A stretch of 64,000 bases of DNA from a virus (Duplodnaviria > Caudoviricetes). Under the pieces are notes generated by a model. That model ran no database searches and had not been told where the DNA came from. It was given only the letters and a program-made list of their open reading frames with translations. The stretch lies in IMG/VR virus record IMGVR_UViG_3300008110_007313; one strand, written 5' to 3'. Position 1 is the first letter of the stretch, and every line of letters starts with the position of its first letter. This document shows, piece after piece, positions 7,137 to 16,908 of the stretch. Position numbers and translations under genes: made by a program.

Positions 7137-9094
7137 CCAACAGGCCTTGACCAGTTGTCGCGTTTTTCCCAGCCCAGTCTAAATCCATAGTGAAAACCGT
7201 CTAGGTCCGGGTATCCGTTGGGACCACGAGCTTTGAGATCATACTCAAACTTGGCATGCCAATCTCCGCGATGATTGATTTTGAACCAGATGTCTGCGTT
7301 AAATTCATCGCCTTCGTGAAACACTCGTACAGGCCCAAATTCTGCAAGATCTTCTGCATGATCAAAACGCAGTTTGAGTTCAAACTCTCCAACTGCCAAC
7401 CACAGTATTCTCAACAATGGCCATATTTCATTGACCAAGGTGTCGGCCACGGGATTGATTGTGGTCTTAATGATCTGATAATCAAAGTCTTCTTGATACG
7501 GAATCAAAGGACGAATATTAGCCGGAGAATAAGCCAAGGTATAATGATCCTCAACGCCGGGACGTTCAATGTGTTGTCCGTATTTGATACCCTGTTCATG
7601 TCGACGCATGTGATTCATCAAGATGTTCACACTTTTGAGTCGCACCAGTCTATGCGCCGCGGTATTGGTGTGGTCCTCAGTGGTCCATAGTGCACCAAAG
7701 TGTCCGTGGCTGATTCCAAACTTCTCACGCTCTTGACTCAATGGTGTATCAGGCAACACATTACAGGTCTGCACAGCATAGCCAGCAATATTGGTTCTGC
7801 GGGTACGCCACATCAAGGTCATGGTATCTGCAAAATCTTTGGCAGTTTCGCCAGGGAAGCCCACAAACCAGTTGGTAAATGCACTGATACCAACTTTGGT
7901 TATGTCATTGAGATTTTGTTCTACTGATTCTCGTTTGACATTCTTTTTCATGATGTCCAACACTCGCTGACTGCCTGACTCCACACCAAAGTTCAACATG
8001 TTGCAGCCGCTGGCCTTGAGATCTCGAAAGTAATCTATATCCATACGATCATCGTTGCGACAGTATCCTACCCAATGCAGGTCATGCATACCGCGTTCAA
8101 CTACGCCGCGAGCAAAGGCCCGTAGTTCTTTGAGATTACCATTGACCAGGCTGTCAATGAACCAGATAGTACGAACACCAAAAGTTTTATATTGATACTC
8201 AATTTCGTCCACAATGTTGCCAGCCAGCCTGCCACGATATCGCCAGAATGTTGTTTCCGAGCAGAACTGGCACTTGGCCACACATCCGCGACTGATTTCA
8301 GAACCCACTGAAGTGCCTAGTCGATACAGTTCCAGGGGCAGATCGCTGTAGTCGGGCCATGGCATAGAATCTAGATCAATGCGCTGTTCTTTGGGATGAC
8401 GCAGTATGTGATCTGGGATGGTTTCGCCAGCTTCGACCTTTTCTAGAATGTCCAAAAAGATCAGTTCGCCTTCGCCTACCACAATGTGATCGTACAGTTC
8501 GGGACGTTTGACTTTTTCCTGTATGGCCTGTGATCCTCCGGCCAAGAACACAGCGTCGGGCAGGCGTTCACGCAGGCGTTCTACTACCCAGTTGGCACAG
8601 TTGTTGTTGGTGTAGTACAGGCTGAACCCAACTACATCAGGAGCAAATTCTACAATCTGATCAATGTACTTGAGCAACAGAGGTTCGATAACCGGGTGTA
8701 CATCTTGCCAGTATGGTTCTTCTTTGTCCCACTTCCAATCAGTGTAGGGACTCCATAGTTCCTCGCCCAGCTCACTGTAACACAACACATTGAGGTCGTA
8801 TGCACAGGCCGCAAAACCTGAGGCTTTGGCCAGGGCCGTGAGTCGTGCAATATTGTAAGGTGCAATATCCACTGACCAAAATGGAGTCATTACCATGGCC
8901 ACCCGTGTTTGACGAGTGGTTGGGTGAATAATTACCGAACTTAGATTTTTTTGCGGACGACCTCGACTCAGTTCTTCTACCACACTCAACATCTGTGTGT
9001 GTGGACAGTCTGACTGAATCGCTGGAGTACTAGACTTCAGTGCCGGTTGAATCGCAAAGACTTTTTTGTTGATAGAGTCTCTTGCTGTTGCCAT
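7133..9094 (-). CDS. B12-binding domain radical SAM enzyme (class B-like)
   Basis: PDVVGFS-LAGG-HIVVGEGE B12 domain; SRGCVAKCQFC CxxxCxxC; GVESGSQRVL; VGFPGET. Confidence 0.9.
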   Translation of the reverse strand: MATARDSINKKVFAIQPALKSSTPAIQSDCPHTQMLSVVEELSRGRPQKNLSSVIIHPTTRQTRVAMVMTPFWSVDIAPYNIARLTALAKASGFAACAYDLNVLCYSELGEELWSPYTDWKWDKEEPYWQDVHPVIEPLLLKYIDQIVEFAPDVVGFSLYYTNNNCANWVVERLRERLPDAVFLAGGSQAIQEKVKRPELYDHIVVGEGELIFLDILEKVEAGETIPDHILRHPKEQRIDLDSMPWPDYSDLPLELYRLGTSVGSEISRGCVAKCQFCSETTFWRYRGRLAGNIVDEIEYQYKTFGVRTIWFIDSLVNGNLKELRAFARGVVERGMHDLHWVGYCRNDDRMDIDYFRDLKASGCNMLNFGVESGSQRVLDIMKKNVKRESVEQNLNDITKVGISAFTNWFVGFPGETAKDFADTMTLMWRTRRTNIAGYAVQTCNVLPDTPLSQEREKFGISHGHFGALWTTEDHTNTAAHRLVRLKSVNILMNHMRRHEQGIKYGQHIERPGVEDHYTLAYSPANIRPLIPYQEDFDYQIIKTTINPVADTLVNEIWPLLRILWLAVGEFELKLRFDHAEDLAEFGPVRVFHEGDEFNADIWFKINHRGDWHAKFEYDLKARGPNGYPDLDGFHYGFRLGWEKRDNWSRPVG

Positions 9095-9329
9095 GCGGAT
9101 ATTTACCGGCGTGCGTTAGCTCTTTTTTGAATTCCTTGTTGACATAGTAGTCAATCAGTCTACGTTGAATATGTTGCAACAAATCACCGTGATCGTCGGC
9201 CACAATAAATCTTACAGGGCAATGTCCCCATGTTTGTGTGCGCTGAAACTCTGCAAACCACTGACGGTGATTTCGGTCATCTGCGTTGAACGCAATCCAA
9301 GGTCTGTGATGAAAATTAAGAATGCTCAT
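9030..9329 (-). CDS. hypothetical protein
   Basis: 99-aa ORF coupled to the upstream methylase gene. Confidence 0.6.
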   Translation of the reverse strand: MSILNFHHRPWIAFNADDRNHRQWFAEFQRTQTWGHCPVRFIVADDHGDLLQHIQRRLIDYYVNKEFKKELTHAGKYPHGNSKRLYQQKSLCDSTGTEV

Positions 9330-9919
9330 GCTTGCTCCTTATGAGTAGATAACCGTTTTGATTTTTTATTCTCAGAGATGCCAAACAATTTGTTAGCACG
9401 ATCCTTGAACTCTTGCTCTTTTTTAGCGTTTTCTGTTTGCTTCTTTACCTTCGCTGCTTTCTTACGCAAATTAGCTTCGCGTTTCCTGCGAGTCTCGGAC
9501 ATGGGTTTAAATTCGTAACTAAACTTTAATCCATCGGCTTGGTAGATGTTTCTCTCAACAATGTGTCGCAAATCTTCTCTACCGCACAGCAGTCGTTGGC
9601 GGCACAGGTCTACGTTGTCGATCATCAAATCTACACCATAGATAGTAGATAGTGCTTGTTCAAAGGTACTACCATTCTCCATCTTGCGTATCAACACTTC
9701 GCCTAAAAACTGACCGTCGCCACAACTGTTGTCTAGGAATGTCTTAGACGGATCTTGGAACTGTTCGATTGGAATTTGTTCCAGGATCTCACGCACAAGT
9801 TCTGTAGGAGTAAAAACCTCACCGGTGGCCTTTACTCTCAGTTGGTCACGTTCTACTCCGCCCATGTAAGCACGGTCACGGATGTGATCTATAACTTCAC
9901 TTAACGTTGGCTTCGACAT
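9326..9919 (-). CDS. N6-adenine DNA methyltransferase, SAM-binding half (N-6 DNA methylase-like)
   Basis: KATGEVFTP motif X, FLDNSCGDGQFL motif I and YGVDL; no NPPY motif. Confidence 0.85.
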   Translation of the reverse strand: MSKPTLSEVIDHIRDRAYMGGVERDQLRVKATGEVFTPTELVREILEQIPIEQFQDPSKTFLDNSCGDGQFLGEVLIRKMENGSTFEQALSTIYGVDLMIDNVDLCRQRLLCGREDLRHIVERNIYQADGLKFSYEFKPMSETRRKREANLRKKAAKVKKQTENAKKEQEFKDRANKLFGISENKKSKRLSTHKEQA

Positions 9920-12900
9920 AATCTATTTCTTCTTGTGTAAGACCAAAGTGTTGGTAAAGTTCTTGGTCCGTCCAAATTTTACTAGCAAGTTTAGGTAACG
10001 ATGATAGAACTTTTCCATTAAGGAATCCGCTCCACTTACCAGTATTAACAATAAATTTATAAAGTTTACTATCGAGATAACTCAGAATATGTTGTGCCTC
10101 TGTAGAGTCTGCTAATATGTATTGGCATACTTCTGAGGTTCCGAGATTGCCTGCACTAAAAAAAGGTTTAAAATATCCACTGGTGGTCCAAACAATTTTA
10201 GACTTTAAAAAGTCCTTTGATTGTTTTTTGCAAAACTTTGTTTGTGCATTTGTATGGAATGTTGTATATTTGTAAGTTGTATCCTGAGTGTCAGAGAAAT
10301 TATTATTCTTATGGTCACTATGGCAAGATGTATCGCAAAGTATATCTAACTTAGGGTGAGTTGAATTGATAACTTTGTTGTGTATAGGAAATGTCTTTGC
10401 AAAATTTCTTGGCAAGTACTGAAGTTTAGTGATGTCTACTTCAAGGCCGTCGATCACGGCCGTTTGTGTGTTTTTATTTTTTTGTACACACCATGCTGTA
10501 AAACTACTACCAACTGTAAAATATTTTCCTACTTCAGTATCTACCCATACAACAGAATTATCTTTAAACATCTTTAGAAGTTGACTATTTGGACTCATCC
10601 AACTGTCAGGAGTTACAAACGCAATAAATCCATTTGGATTTAACAACTCAATGCCCTTTTCTGCAAATTTGCTCCACAGATTATGGCTTTTTGGTTGTTT
10701 TGTTCCTTTATCGTTATTACCTTGATAAGGAGGGTTGCCTACTATCACATCAAATTTCATATCAAACTCCAATTCTGTAAAATCACCTTGCATTACTACA
10801 ATGCCTGGGTATTTCCGTTTAATCTGATTACAGAGAAAACTATATTTGTCATTATACACAATCTTGTCTATAATATCAATACCAAACATGTCCACTAAAA
10901 CATCTATCTCAGAACCATGTCCGCCGGCCACTACAAGAATCCTCTTGCAATGCTTACTCTTAATAAATCTTTTTAGTTCTCGGTTGCCAAAAATTTCAAA
11001 CCAAAGTTTTGCGTCATCTTTAAGAATAGCGAGTGCGTTATTCTCAATGTGCTTTTGTGTCGTATTATATTTACTCATACGCACAATCATGTCTAGTTCT
11101 GGAATGGGCAAACAGTCCTCGTCTGCTAGAGTCTTGATTGTTGTAGTGTCTACGCCGTACAGTTCAATAAATTCTTTTTGCATTTCTGCATTATTGCCGA
11201 TAATATCAAGGCATTCTAAAAAACTCTCCCCTTGATAATTGCTTAAGGCAAGGACAGTTGTAGCACTTCCGTTAATTGCTCTTTTTGCTTTGTCAAGGAT
11301 TACCGCCAATGGATTTTTTTTTGGTCGGCCATTTTTAGTTGTACCAGCATCAAAGGTCTTTCCAGTCTTGATGATTTTGTCAATTTTAGATTTTTCTGCT
11401 TTATTGCTAGTAGATCGTTTTGCAAGTTCACCCAATGCCTCTACCAAACTTGGTGCAAGATTAACCAAGTCATCTAAGGTCATTTTGCTACGCGAATTAG
11501 CAATCTCCAATAGTTTATTATTATCTTCAAACTGCTTGATAACTTCGTCGGCATCGATCCAGTTACCGGAGACTATGTCCTTGATGTTGACACTATTCAA
11601 TACTTCTCGAACTGCATCGGGATAAGTTTTACCCTTCTGACGGATCAGCAATGCCGCTTCTACTGCCACGCTCATGACAGAGTTACGAGTCTTACTTTGG
11701 TCAAAAGCAAAGTCAAAGATGTGTCCAAACTTTTTGTCGTATCCAGGTGTAAGGCAACGGCTATATTTCTGCATGTAAGGATAAACATCACCACCTTCTT
11801 GCATAAACAAGCAGGCTTGGATCTCAGGAATGCTATAACTACGAGTTCCCATCATGTTAGTAATCACTAGCAGTTTGTCGCGACCTGGGTAGTATCCGTT
11901 TTGTAGGCGGACTAATTCTTCCTTAGTGTCTCCTTCGGAATCTTTGTTATTGGTATAGTCGCCGTTAAGGATTAGAACCTTGTGTTCTGTGCAATGCTTC
12001 TCGATAATTTCTGCCAATGCCTCCATTGCTTTTTTAGAGATATTAACAAACAACATAAGATTGTTAATAATCTCACCTGCAGCCTCACTTAGGTTCATTC
12101 CGTAGATAGGCTGATACCCAAGCATATCTTGGAATGCCGCAGAAATAAACTTTTCTTGCGATCGCGACTTTTCTAAAATCTTATTGATGTTGGGCAAGAC
12201 ATCCTTGTCAAAATCTTCCAATAGTTTGTTCATCTTTGGATTAAACAACATATTATAGAATCGACGCACTACTACATTAGGAATACTTGTATCTTGCTCC
12301 ACCATGCAATAAGGAACACTAATAATTTCGTCAATAGCGTTCTTACCAAATGCCTTGGCAAGGCGACCAATATTGGTTCCGCTGGCGTTAATACGAGTAA
12401 CTGTTTTGTTTTCTAAGATGTAGTCAACTTTTTCTACTTGGCTATCTGTATGAGTGCCAAAGTCGGTTTCTTCTAATAATGCAATATGTGTGCCTGCTAG
12501 TTCGTTGATCCATTCGTATTTTTCTTCTACTTCAGGATTCAGACTGATAAACACAATGGGCATTTTACCATCAGTAATGGCTTGTTTATACTGATCTTCG
12601 GCATCTGAATCTGCCGCGTCAATAAAACACATAGATGCAAAGTCTACATATTTTGCACACTCGTCCTTATAGGATGTCTTGACACTAAGGCCTACCCCAT
12701 ATGCCATAACAAGCATCGAGCTGTGACCAAATTCTTCTTGCATTTCTTTTGCAAGGGTTAAGAACAAAATTGTTTTACCGATGCGAGCCGCAAGTTCGCA
12801 GACAAAATTAGTTGCTAGTCCATTTTGTTTTAAAACATCCAGTACTTTTTTAATAACAAGCTTCTGCACATTTCGTAGACTCACAGATTGTTTTATGTGA

Positions 12901-13346
12901 TTAGGGTTAAGTTTTGCCGCACATGTTCTAATCTTTGTATTGAGCCACTGTCGAATTGGTTCAAAATCTTTTGACTTAACAAACTCGTCAATAAGAAACT
13001 GTTCAACTGCTACCCGAAAGACTTCGTTACGTTTACCTGTTTTGGGGTCTTGGAGTTGGGCCGCAAAAGTTTGACGCACCTCTTTATGCAGAGCATAATC
13101 CCTGTAACCGGGATTAGGAATGGAATCTAATAGATAATGTTGCCATCCCAAGTTTTTAGAACTTTCGTGGCCGCGCATACGACTTTCAATGGTACTAAAC
13201 TCTGCATCAACTCGAGTATCACCGATGCCAAACTCTAAGAATCCAGTTGACACCATAGCCTCGATTCGAGGCTTATTAGATTCAATATAGATGCCTTGGG
13301 AATCTGTTGTAAGTCCTAGTTCCAAAGGACTTTTAACGTAATTCAT
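9897..13346 (-). CDS. multidomain restriction-modification-like protein: T5orf172/GIY-YIG-like N-terminus, SF2 helicase-like core, Eco57I-type adenine MTase with specificity region
   Basis: IGDT-RDYALH-RNEVF; ELAARIGKT Walker A; LLEETDFG Walker-B-like; ASGT; DVIVGNPPY motif IV; FVTPDSW. Confidence 0.75.
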   Translation of the reverse strand: MNYVKSPLELGLTTDSQGIYIESNKPRIEAMVSTGFLEFGIGDTRVDAEFSTIESRMRGHESSKNLGWQHYLLDSIPNPGYRDYALHKEVRQTFAAQLQDPKTGKRNEVFRVAVEQFLIDEFVKSKDFEPIRQWLNTKIRTCAAKLNPNHIKQSVSLRNVQKLVIKKVLDVLKQNGLATNFVCELAARIGKTILFLTLAKEMQEEFGHSSMLVMAYGVGLSVKTSYKDECAKYVDFASMCFIDAADSDAEDQYKQAITDGKMPIVFISLNPEVEEKYEWINELAGTHIALLEETDFGTHTDSQVEKVDYILENKTVTRINASGTNIGRLAKAFGKNAIDEIISVPYCMVEQDTSIPNVVVRRFYNMLFNPKMNKLLEDFDKDVLPNINKILEKSRSQEKFISAAFQDMLGYQPIYGMNLSEAAGEIINNLMLFVNISKKAMEALAEIIEKHCTEHKVLILNGDYTNNKDSEGDTKEELVRLQNGYYPGRDKLLVITNMMGTRSYSIPEIQACLFMQEGGDVYPYMQKYSRCLTPGYDKKFGHIFDFAFDQSKTRNSVMSVAVEAALLIRQKGKTYPDAVREVLNSVNIKDIVSGNWIDADEVIKQFEDNNKLLEIANSRSKMTLDDLVNLAPSLVEALGELAKRSTSNKAEKSKIDKIIKTGKTFDAGTTKNGRPKKNPLAVILDKAKRAINGSATTVLALSNYQGESFLECLDIIGNNAEMQKEFIELYGVDTTTIKTLADEDCLPIPELDMIVRMSKYNTTQKHIENNALAILKDDAKLWFEIFGNRELKRFIKSKHCKRILVVAGGHGSEIDVLVDMFGIDIIDKIVYNDKYSFLCNQIKRKYPGIVVMQGDFTELEFDMKFDVIVGNPPYQGNNDKGTKQPKSHNLWSKFAEKGIELLNPNGFIAFVTPDSWMSPNSQLLKMFKDNSVVWVDTEVGKYFTVGSSFTAWCVQKNKNTQTAVIDGLEVDITKLQYLPRNFAKTFPIHNKVINSTHPKLDILCDTSCHSDHKNNNFSDTQDTTYKYTTFHTNAQTKFCKKQSKDFLKSKIVWTTSGYFKPFFSAGNLGTSEVCQYILADSTEAQHILSYLDSKLYKFIVNTGKWSGFLNGKVLSSLPKLASKIWTDQELYQHFGLTQEEIDYVEANVK

Positions 13347-13519
13347 TCTTCATCTCCATAATCTGCGCTATCAATCTGTTCTTGTTCAAAGGTCTCAGCC
13401 TCTGCTCGAGTAGCAAAGGTGTCACCAAACGTGGTCCAGCCGCCAATGCCGCCGGCAAATTGTACTACCCACTCTCCAGGGCAGATCTCTACCACACGGG
13501 TAGGAACAAGCTCGCTCAT
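13343..13519 (-). CDS. small acidic hypothetical protein
   Basis: 58 aa after promoter and AAGGAG RBS. Confidence 0.65.
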   Translation of the reverse strand: MSELVPTRVVEICPGEWVVQFAGGIGGWTTFGDTFATRAEAETFEQEQIDSADYGDEE

Positions 13520-13549
13520 TGCGATCTCCTTTTTAACTATCTTACAAGT

Positions 13550-13578
13550 ATTATAGCAAATTGCCAATTATTGGTCAA
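13550..13578 (-). promoter_or_regulatory. early promoter repeat
   Basis: TTGACC-N17-TATAAT-ACTTGT. Confidence 0.85.
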
Positions 13579-13583
13579 CCAAA

Positions 13584-13630
13584 GAAATGTGGCTAAAAAG
13601 CCACATTTCCTGCTTAAATTTTAAGCAATT
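13584..13630. repeat. two adjacent palindromes upstream of the promoter
   Basis: GAAATGTGGCT-aaaa-AGCCACATTTC and TGCTTAAA-t-TTTAAGCA. Confidence 0.75.
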
Positions 13631-13634
13631 TTGG

Positions 13635-13895
13635 CTATTTTTTATCCCGTATCTGGTTGATCAAGTCTTCGGTAGCAGGAGACACAACCACATCTGTTTC
13701 TAAATGCTTGGCTCGCATGATCCTAATACTAACTCCTTTGGTTTTGAGATTCTCTGCTTCTTCTTGATCCATACCCTGTGCTACAAGATCGTCGATGGCC
13801 TGTTGAGGTAAATTACTGGGCAGTAAATCGCCACGACTTACAGTGAATACTCTGCCGTCTTTGGCCTCGATAATTTTTTCTATTTTGAATTTCAT
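13635..13895 (-). CDS. hypothetical protein
   Basis: 86-aa ORF, TAATG-coupled. Confidence 0.65.
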   Translation of the reverse strand: MKFKIEKIIEAKDGRVFTVSRGDLLPSNLPQQAIDDLVAQGMDQEEAENLKTKGVSIRIMRAKHLETDVVVSPATEDLINQIRDKK

Positions 13896-14617
13896 TAGTA
13901 GTCGCCCCCACCGAACTTCATCACAAACAACAATCGTTCATATGACAAGGGCCGGTCTTCGCAGCCAGGCATAGTAAATTCAATGCTGTTTACAATTAGG
14001 AATTTTTCTTGCCAAAACACCGCAGTTTTGTACCCGCGATCCTGAATCCACTGATGTGCGTCTTGACCTTCGGAGGCTAAAAATCTAGCATAATCTAAAT
14101 CTTGGCCCCAGCGTTTGAGTTCAGGGGTTTGACACAAGGTATAAGCAAAAGAAAAATTTTGGTACCGGGGCATGGTCTTTTTTCGTAGGCCCAGCTTGAT
14201 CGCTTCTGATCTAAAAAACTTGCGTTCCTCTAGGGATCTAGGACCAACAAATACTGGGTCCATGACCAAATACTCTTCGTCCTTGGACAACCAGGCAACT
14301 GCAAAGTGGTCATGGTAGTAAATGTTTGGTTCGTCCCAGTCAATACCCATCTCATCGTTGTCTAAGGGATTTGGTTTTAGCTCTCCCAACGTTTTTATTT
14401 TGCTTTGATAATTGACTACAGCGTTGATGTTGTAGCGTTTTAGTGCCCACTCGGTGAATCCTTCGCATACAGCTATGCCTTTTGATTCTCGTTTCTGTAT
14501 TATTCCTACGCCACCAATGGTCTGAATAAAATTGTACAGAAGATTTTGAGCAGCATTATAAACCTGTGGATCTTTTTGTTGTTGCTTTTGGTCTCCAATA
14601 TTCACTTCAAAGGTCAT
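13895..14617 (-). CDS. hypothetical protein
   Basis: 240-aa ORF, ATGA-coupled. Confidence 0.7.
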   Translation of the reverse strand: MTFEVNIGDQKQQQKDPQVYNAAQNLLYNFIQTIGGVGIIQKRESKGIAVCEGFTEWALKRYNINAVVNYQSKIKTLGELKPNPLDNDEMGIDWDEPNIYYHDHFAVAWLSKDEEYLVMDPVFVGPRSLEERKFFRSEAIKLGLRKKTMPRYQNFSFAYTLCQTPELKRWGQDLDYARFLASEGQDAHQWIQDRGYKTAVFWQEKFLIVNSIEFTMPGCEDRPLSYERLLFVMKFGGGDY

Positions 14618-14829
14618 GGCAAACTTTCCTGAACATTGTATACAGCAGCCAATGCTTCAGCCAGTCGTCTGTGGTTCTCTTGTGCCGCGGCGTAGCCATC
14701 ATCCCAACCTTCTCGGTAGCGTGGATCTCGAATCAGTCGGTCTTCGGCTCGTTCTCCTATGCTTTCTAATAAGGCACGTAGACGGCCTGAACCGCCGGGT
14801 AAATTGTTGTCGTTGTCTTTCATGGACAT
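14614..14829 (-). CDS. hypothetical protein
   Basis: 71 aa; YREGWDDGYAAAQE motif. Confidence 0.6.
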   Translation of the reverse strand: MSMKDNDNNLPGGSGRLRALLESIGERAEDRLIRDPRYREGWDDGYAAAQENHRRLAEALAAVYNVQESLP

Positions 14830-15028
14830 TCCTTTGTAAAGTAATGTGCTGATCTGCCGTTGGCGTTGTGTAGACCTGTTCTACCATCACCTACCATTGA
14901 TATCATCGCTGGACTACCTGTATGTTCGCTTCCAGCATTGCACTGGGGGCCGGGTAGTATTCTCCGATCAACCTGGAGTAAACTTATTGTATAACACTTG
15001 TGCAGTATTGTCGACGCATTTGAACAAG

Positions 15029-15385
15029 TCAGCGTATTACAACTTGATCTTCCGATCGACGGTCACTGTAGAACCGGTGGCCAATGCGACGAATAGTGTC
15101 GGCTGCTGTTTGCGGATCATTTTCGAACATCTCGCGAATGTCTTCTGCAGAGATCCCTGGTTCAGCACTGCACAGGTAAATTTCGTAGTGACGCTGTGGA
15201 TTAAATTGTGCTCGTAGACGCCAGTGCATTAGATTAGGCATCTCAATATGCCGGGGGCGCTGGCCAGTCTTCAATGTTTCAAACAAAATTTTCTGTTCAA
15301 TGTCTGACACACACACCACAGCTTCCAGTCCGCGGCAGTCCCACATAATAGCAAATGAATGAGTTTGAGAACTGCGGTCAGTCAT
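15029..15385 (-). CDS. hypothetical protein
   Basis: 118-aa ORF, ATGA-coupled. Confidence 0.7.
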   Translation of the reverse strand: MTDRSSQTHSFAIMWDCRGLEAVVCVSDIEQKILFETLKTGQRPRHIEMPNLMHWRLRAQFNPQRHYEIYLCSAEPGISAEDIREMFENDPQTAADTIRRIGHRFYSDRRSEDQVVIR

Positions 15386-15615
15386 AGCATGAACTTTTTT
15401 AATACAGTACGAGCTTCGCTCAAGTCTTCCATGATCAGATCTTCGACTGCTTCTTGTACAATCAAGGTCATGAGAGTCTGACTCATATTAAACTGTTCAG
15501 TATCTAGACAAGACTGCCACGTCTGTAGATCTTCTAATGTTTCAAGACTCCACATAAAGTCTAACATTTCGACCTGTTCTTCAGTGAGATTGGTTAGTGT
15601 AAGAGGTTTGTTCAT
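15382..15615 (-). CDS. hypothetical protein
   Basis: 77-aa ORF. Confidence 0.65.
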   Translation of the reverse strand: MNKPLTLTNLTEEQVEMLDFMWSLETLEDLQTWQSCLDTEQFNMSQTLMTLIVQEAVEDLIMEDLSEARTVLKKFML

Positions 15616-15671
15616 AGTGCAAGTATAAAATTAAAAAGACATTCATACTATAACACTAAACGATATCAATG

Positions 15672-15905
15672 TCAAGCCCAGTGTAGCGTAAAAGCCACAA
15701 AATCTCGTTCAGTGTCAAAATAGAAAATGTAACGTCCGGGACGAGTATCTGTGCTGATTTCAATCAGTTGCCAGCGCCAGGTGGCAATCAGTTCAGTTTT
15801 GGACCAGGCAATGATATCATCCAACACCCCAAAAGGTTTGGTTATTTCCCGTGAGTAAGGAAAGCTTTCTTTACTGCGATGGTCAAGTTTGTCAATAGTC
15901 AACAT
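15672..15905 (-). CDS. small hypothetical protein (C-terminal F-x-F...F-x-L-x-W family)
   Basis: Ends YIFYFDTERDFVAFTLHWA. Confidence 0.65.
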   Translation of the reverse strand: MLTIDKLDHRSKESFPYSREITKPFGVLDDIIAWSKTELIATWRWQLIEISTDTRPGRYIFYFDTERDFVAFTLHWA

Positions 15906-16695
15906 TGTACAAAGAATATTTAACCACTGGAGTATACAGGCGGTTAGATATTAGGTCACTGACAGTGGCCAATCTTTTTATTTTGTCCACAGCACCCAGC
16001 ACAATCACTGCATAACGGCGCCCAGATTCTTCGACCATCAGAGCCATGCAAAAACCCGCAGGGTTTGTAAAACCCGTTTTGCTCACAAGAATATTGTTGA
16101 ATCTAGTTAGAGTAGAAGTATTGGTGTTGTTTAAACTGACCTGACGACTGCGTTTTTTACCTGTGGCCTCCACAGAAATCTGTGTGCGAACGCTGACATC
16201 ACGAATAAATGCATAGCGATCAGCATGTGTGACCATTATAGCTAGGTCACGAGCGGTACTGACATTGAGTCTACTGAGCCCGCTGGCATCGTCGTAGTGA
16301 GTTTGCCACATGCCCAGCCTCTGTGCCTTGGAGTTCATGGCCTCCAAAAATGCACTCCGACCACCGGGGTAGTCTTGTGCCAAGGTTTCTGCGGCACCGT
16401 TGTCTGATTTGACCAGCATGGCCATCAACAGTTCTCTGCGAGTGTAGGTCTGTCGAGGTAAAAAGCTACCCACGCGATTGTCCAACATGATTCGTCGATC
16501 GAGATTCCAGTCTGAGTCCAAGGCAATCATGGCAGTCATGAGCTTGGTAATTGATGCCATGGGACGTTGTTCGTCGGCGTTTACGTTGTATTGCACTGAT
16601 CGATCTGCGGTGTCATAGACCAGTACCGATTGTGTTTTTGCCGCAACACAACCGGATACAAATACCAACAGTAATAAAAGTTGTTTCAACCCCAT
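15892..16695 (-). CDS. peptidase S11 D-Ala-D-Ala carboxy/endopeptidase (PBP7-like), secreted
   Basis: Signal peptide; ASITKLMT (SxxK), SDN (SxN), SKTGFT (KTG). Confidence 0.92.
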   Translation of the reverse strand: MGLKQLLLLLVFVSGCVAAKTQSVLVYDTADRSVQYNVNADEQRPMASITKLMTAMIALDSDWNLDRRIMLDNRVGSFLPRQTYTRRELLMAMLVKSDNGAAETLAQDYPGGRSAFLEAMNSKAQRLGMWQTHYDDASGLSRLNVSTARDLAIMVTHADRYAFIRDVSVRTQISVEATGKKRSRQVSLNNTNTSTLTRFNNILVSKTGFTNPAGFCMALMVEESGRRYAVIVLGAVDKIKRLATVSDLISNRLYTPVVKYSLYNVDY

Positions 16696-16895
16696 TTTAA
16701 CTGATAAAAACTAGCCAAGGCTGCATCGCGAAACCTAAACACAGTCTGGCGATTGCGCACAGCATCGTGCGAAAAGTTGTCATATTCAGCACTGTAATAT
16801 GACCATACAAAGTCCTGCTCTTGAATCAGCCCTGATGCCATGAGCTGATTCTTGTATTCTATGGCCTCATGCGGATATACATCCTGCAGAATCAC
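16686..16895 (-). CDS. small hypothetical protein (C-terminal ...F-x-L-K-W family)
   Basis: Part of ORF 16686..17024; GTG start assumed just after a TAAATA box. Confidence 0.5.
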   Translation of the reverse strand: MILQDVYPHEAIEYKNQLMASGLIQEQDFVWSYYSAEYDNFSHDAVRNRQTVFRFRDAALASFYQLKWG

Positions 16896-16908
16896 TTGAT
16901 ATTTAAGC

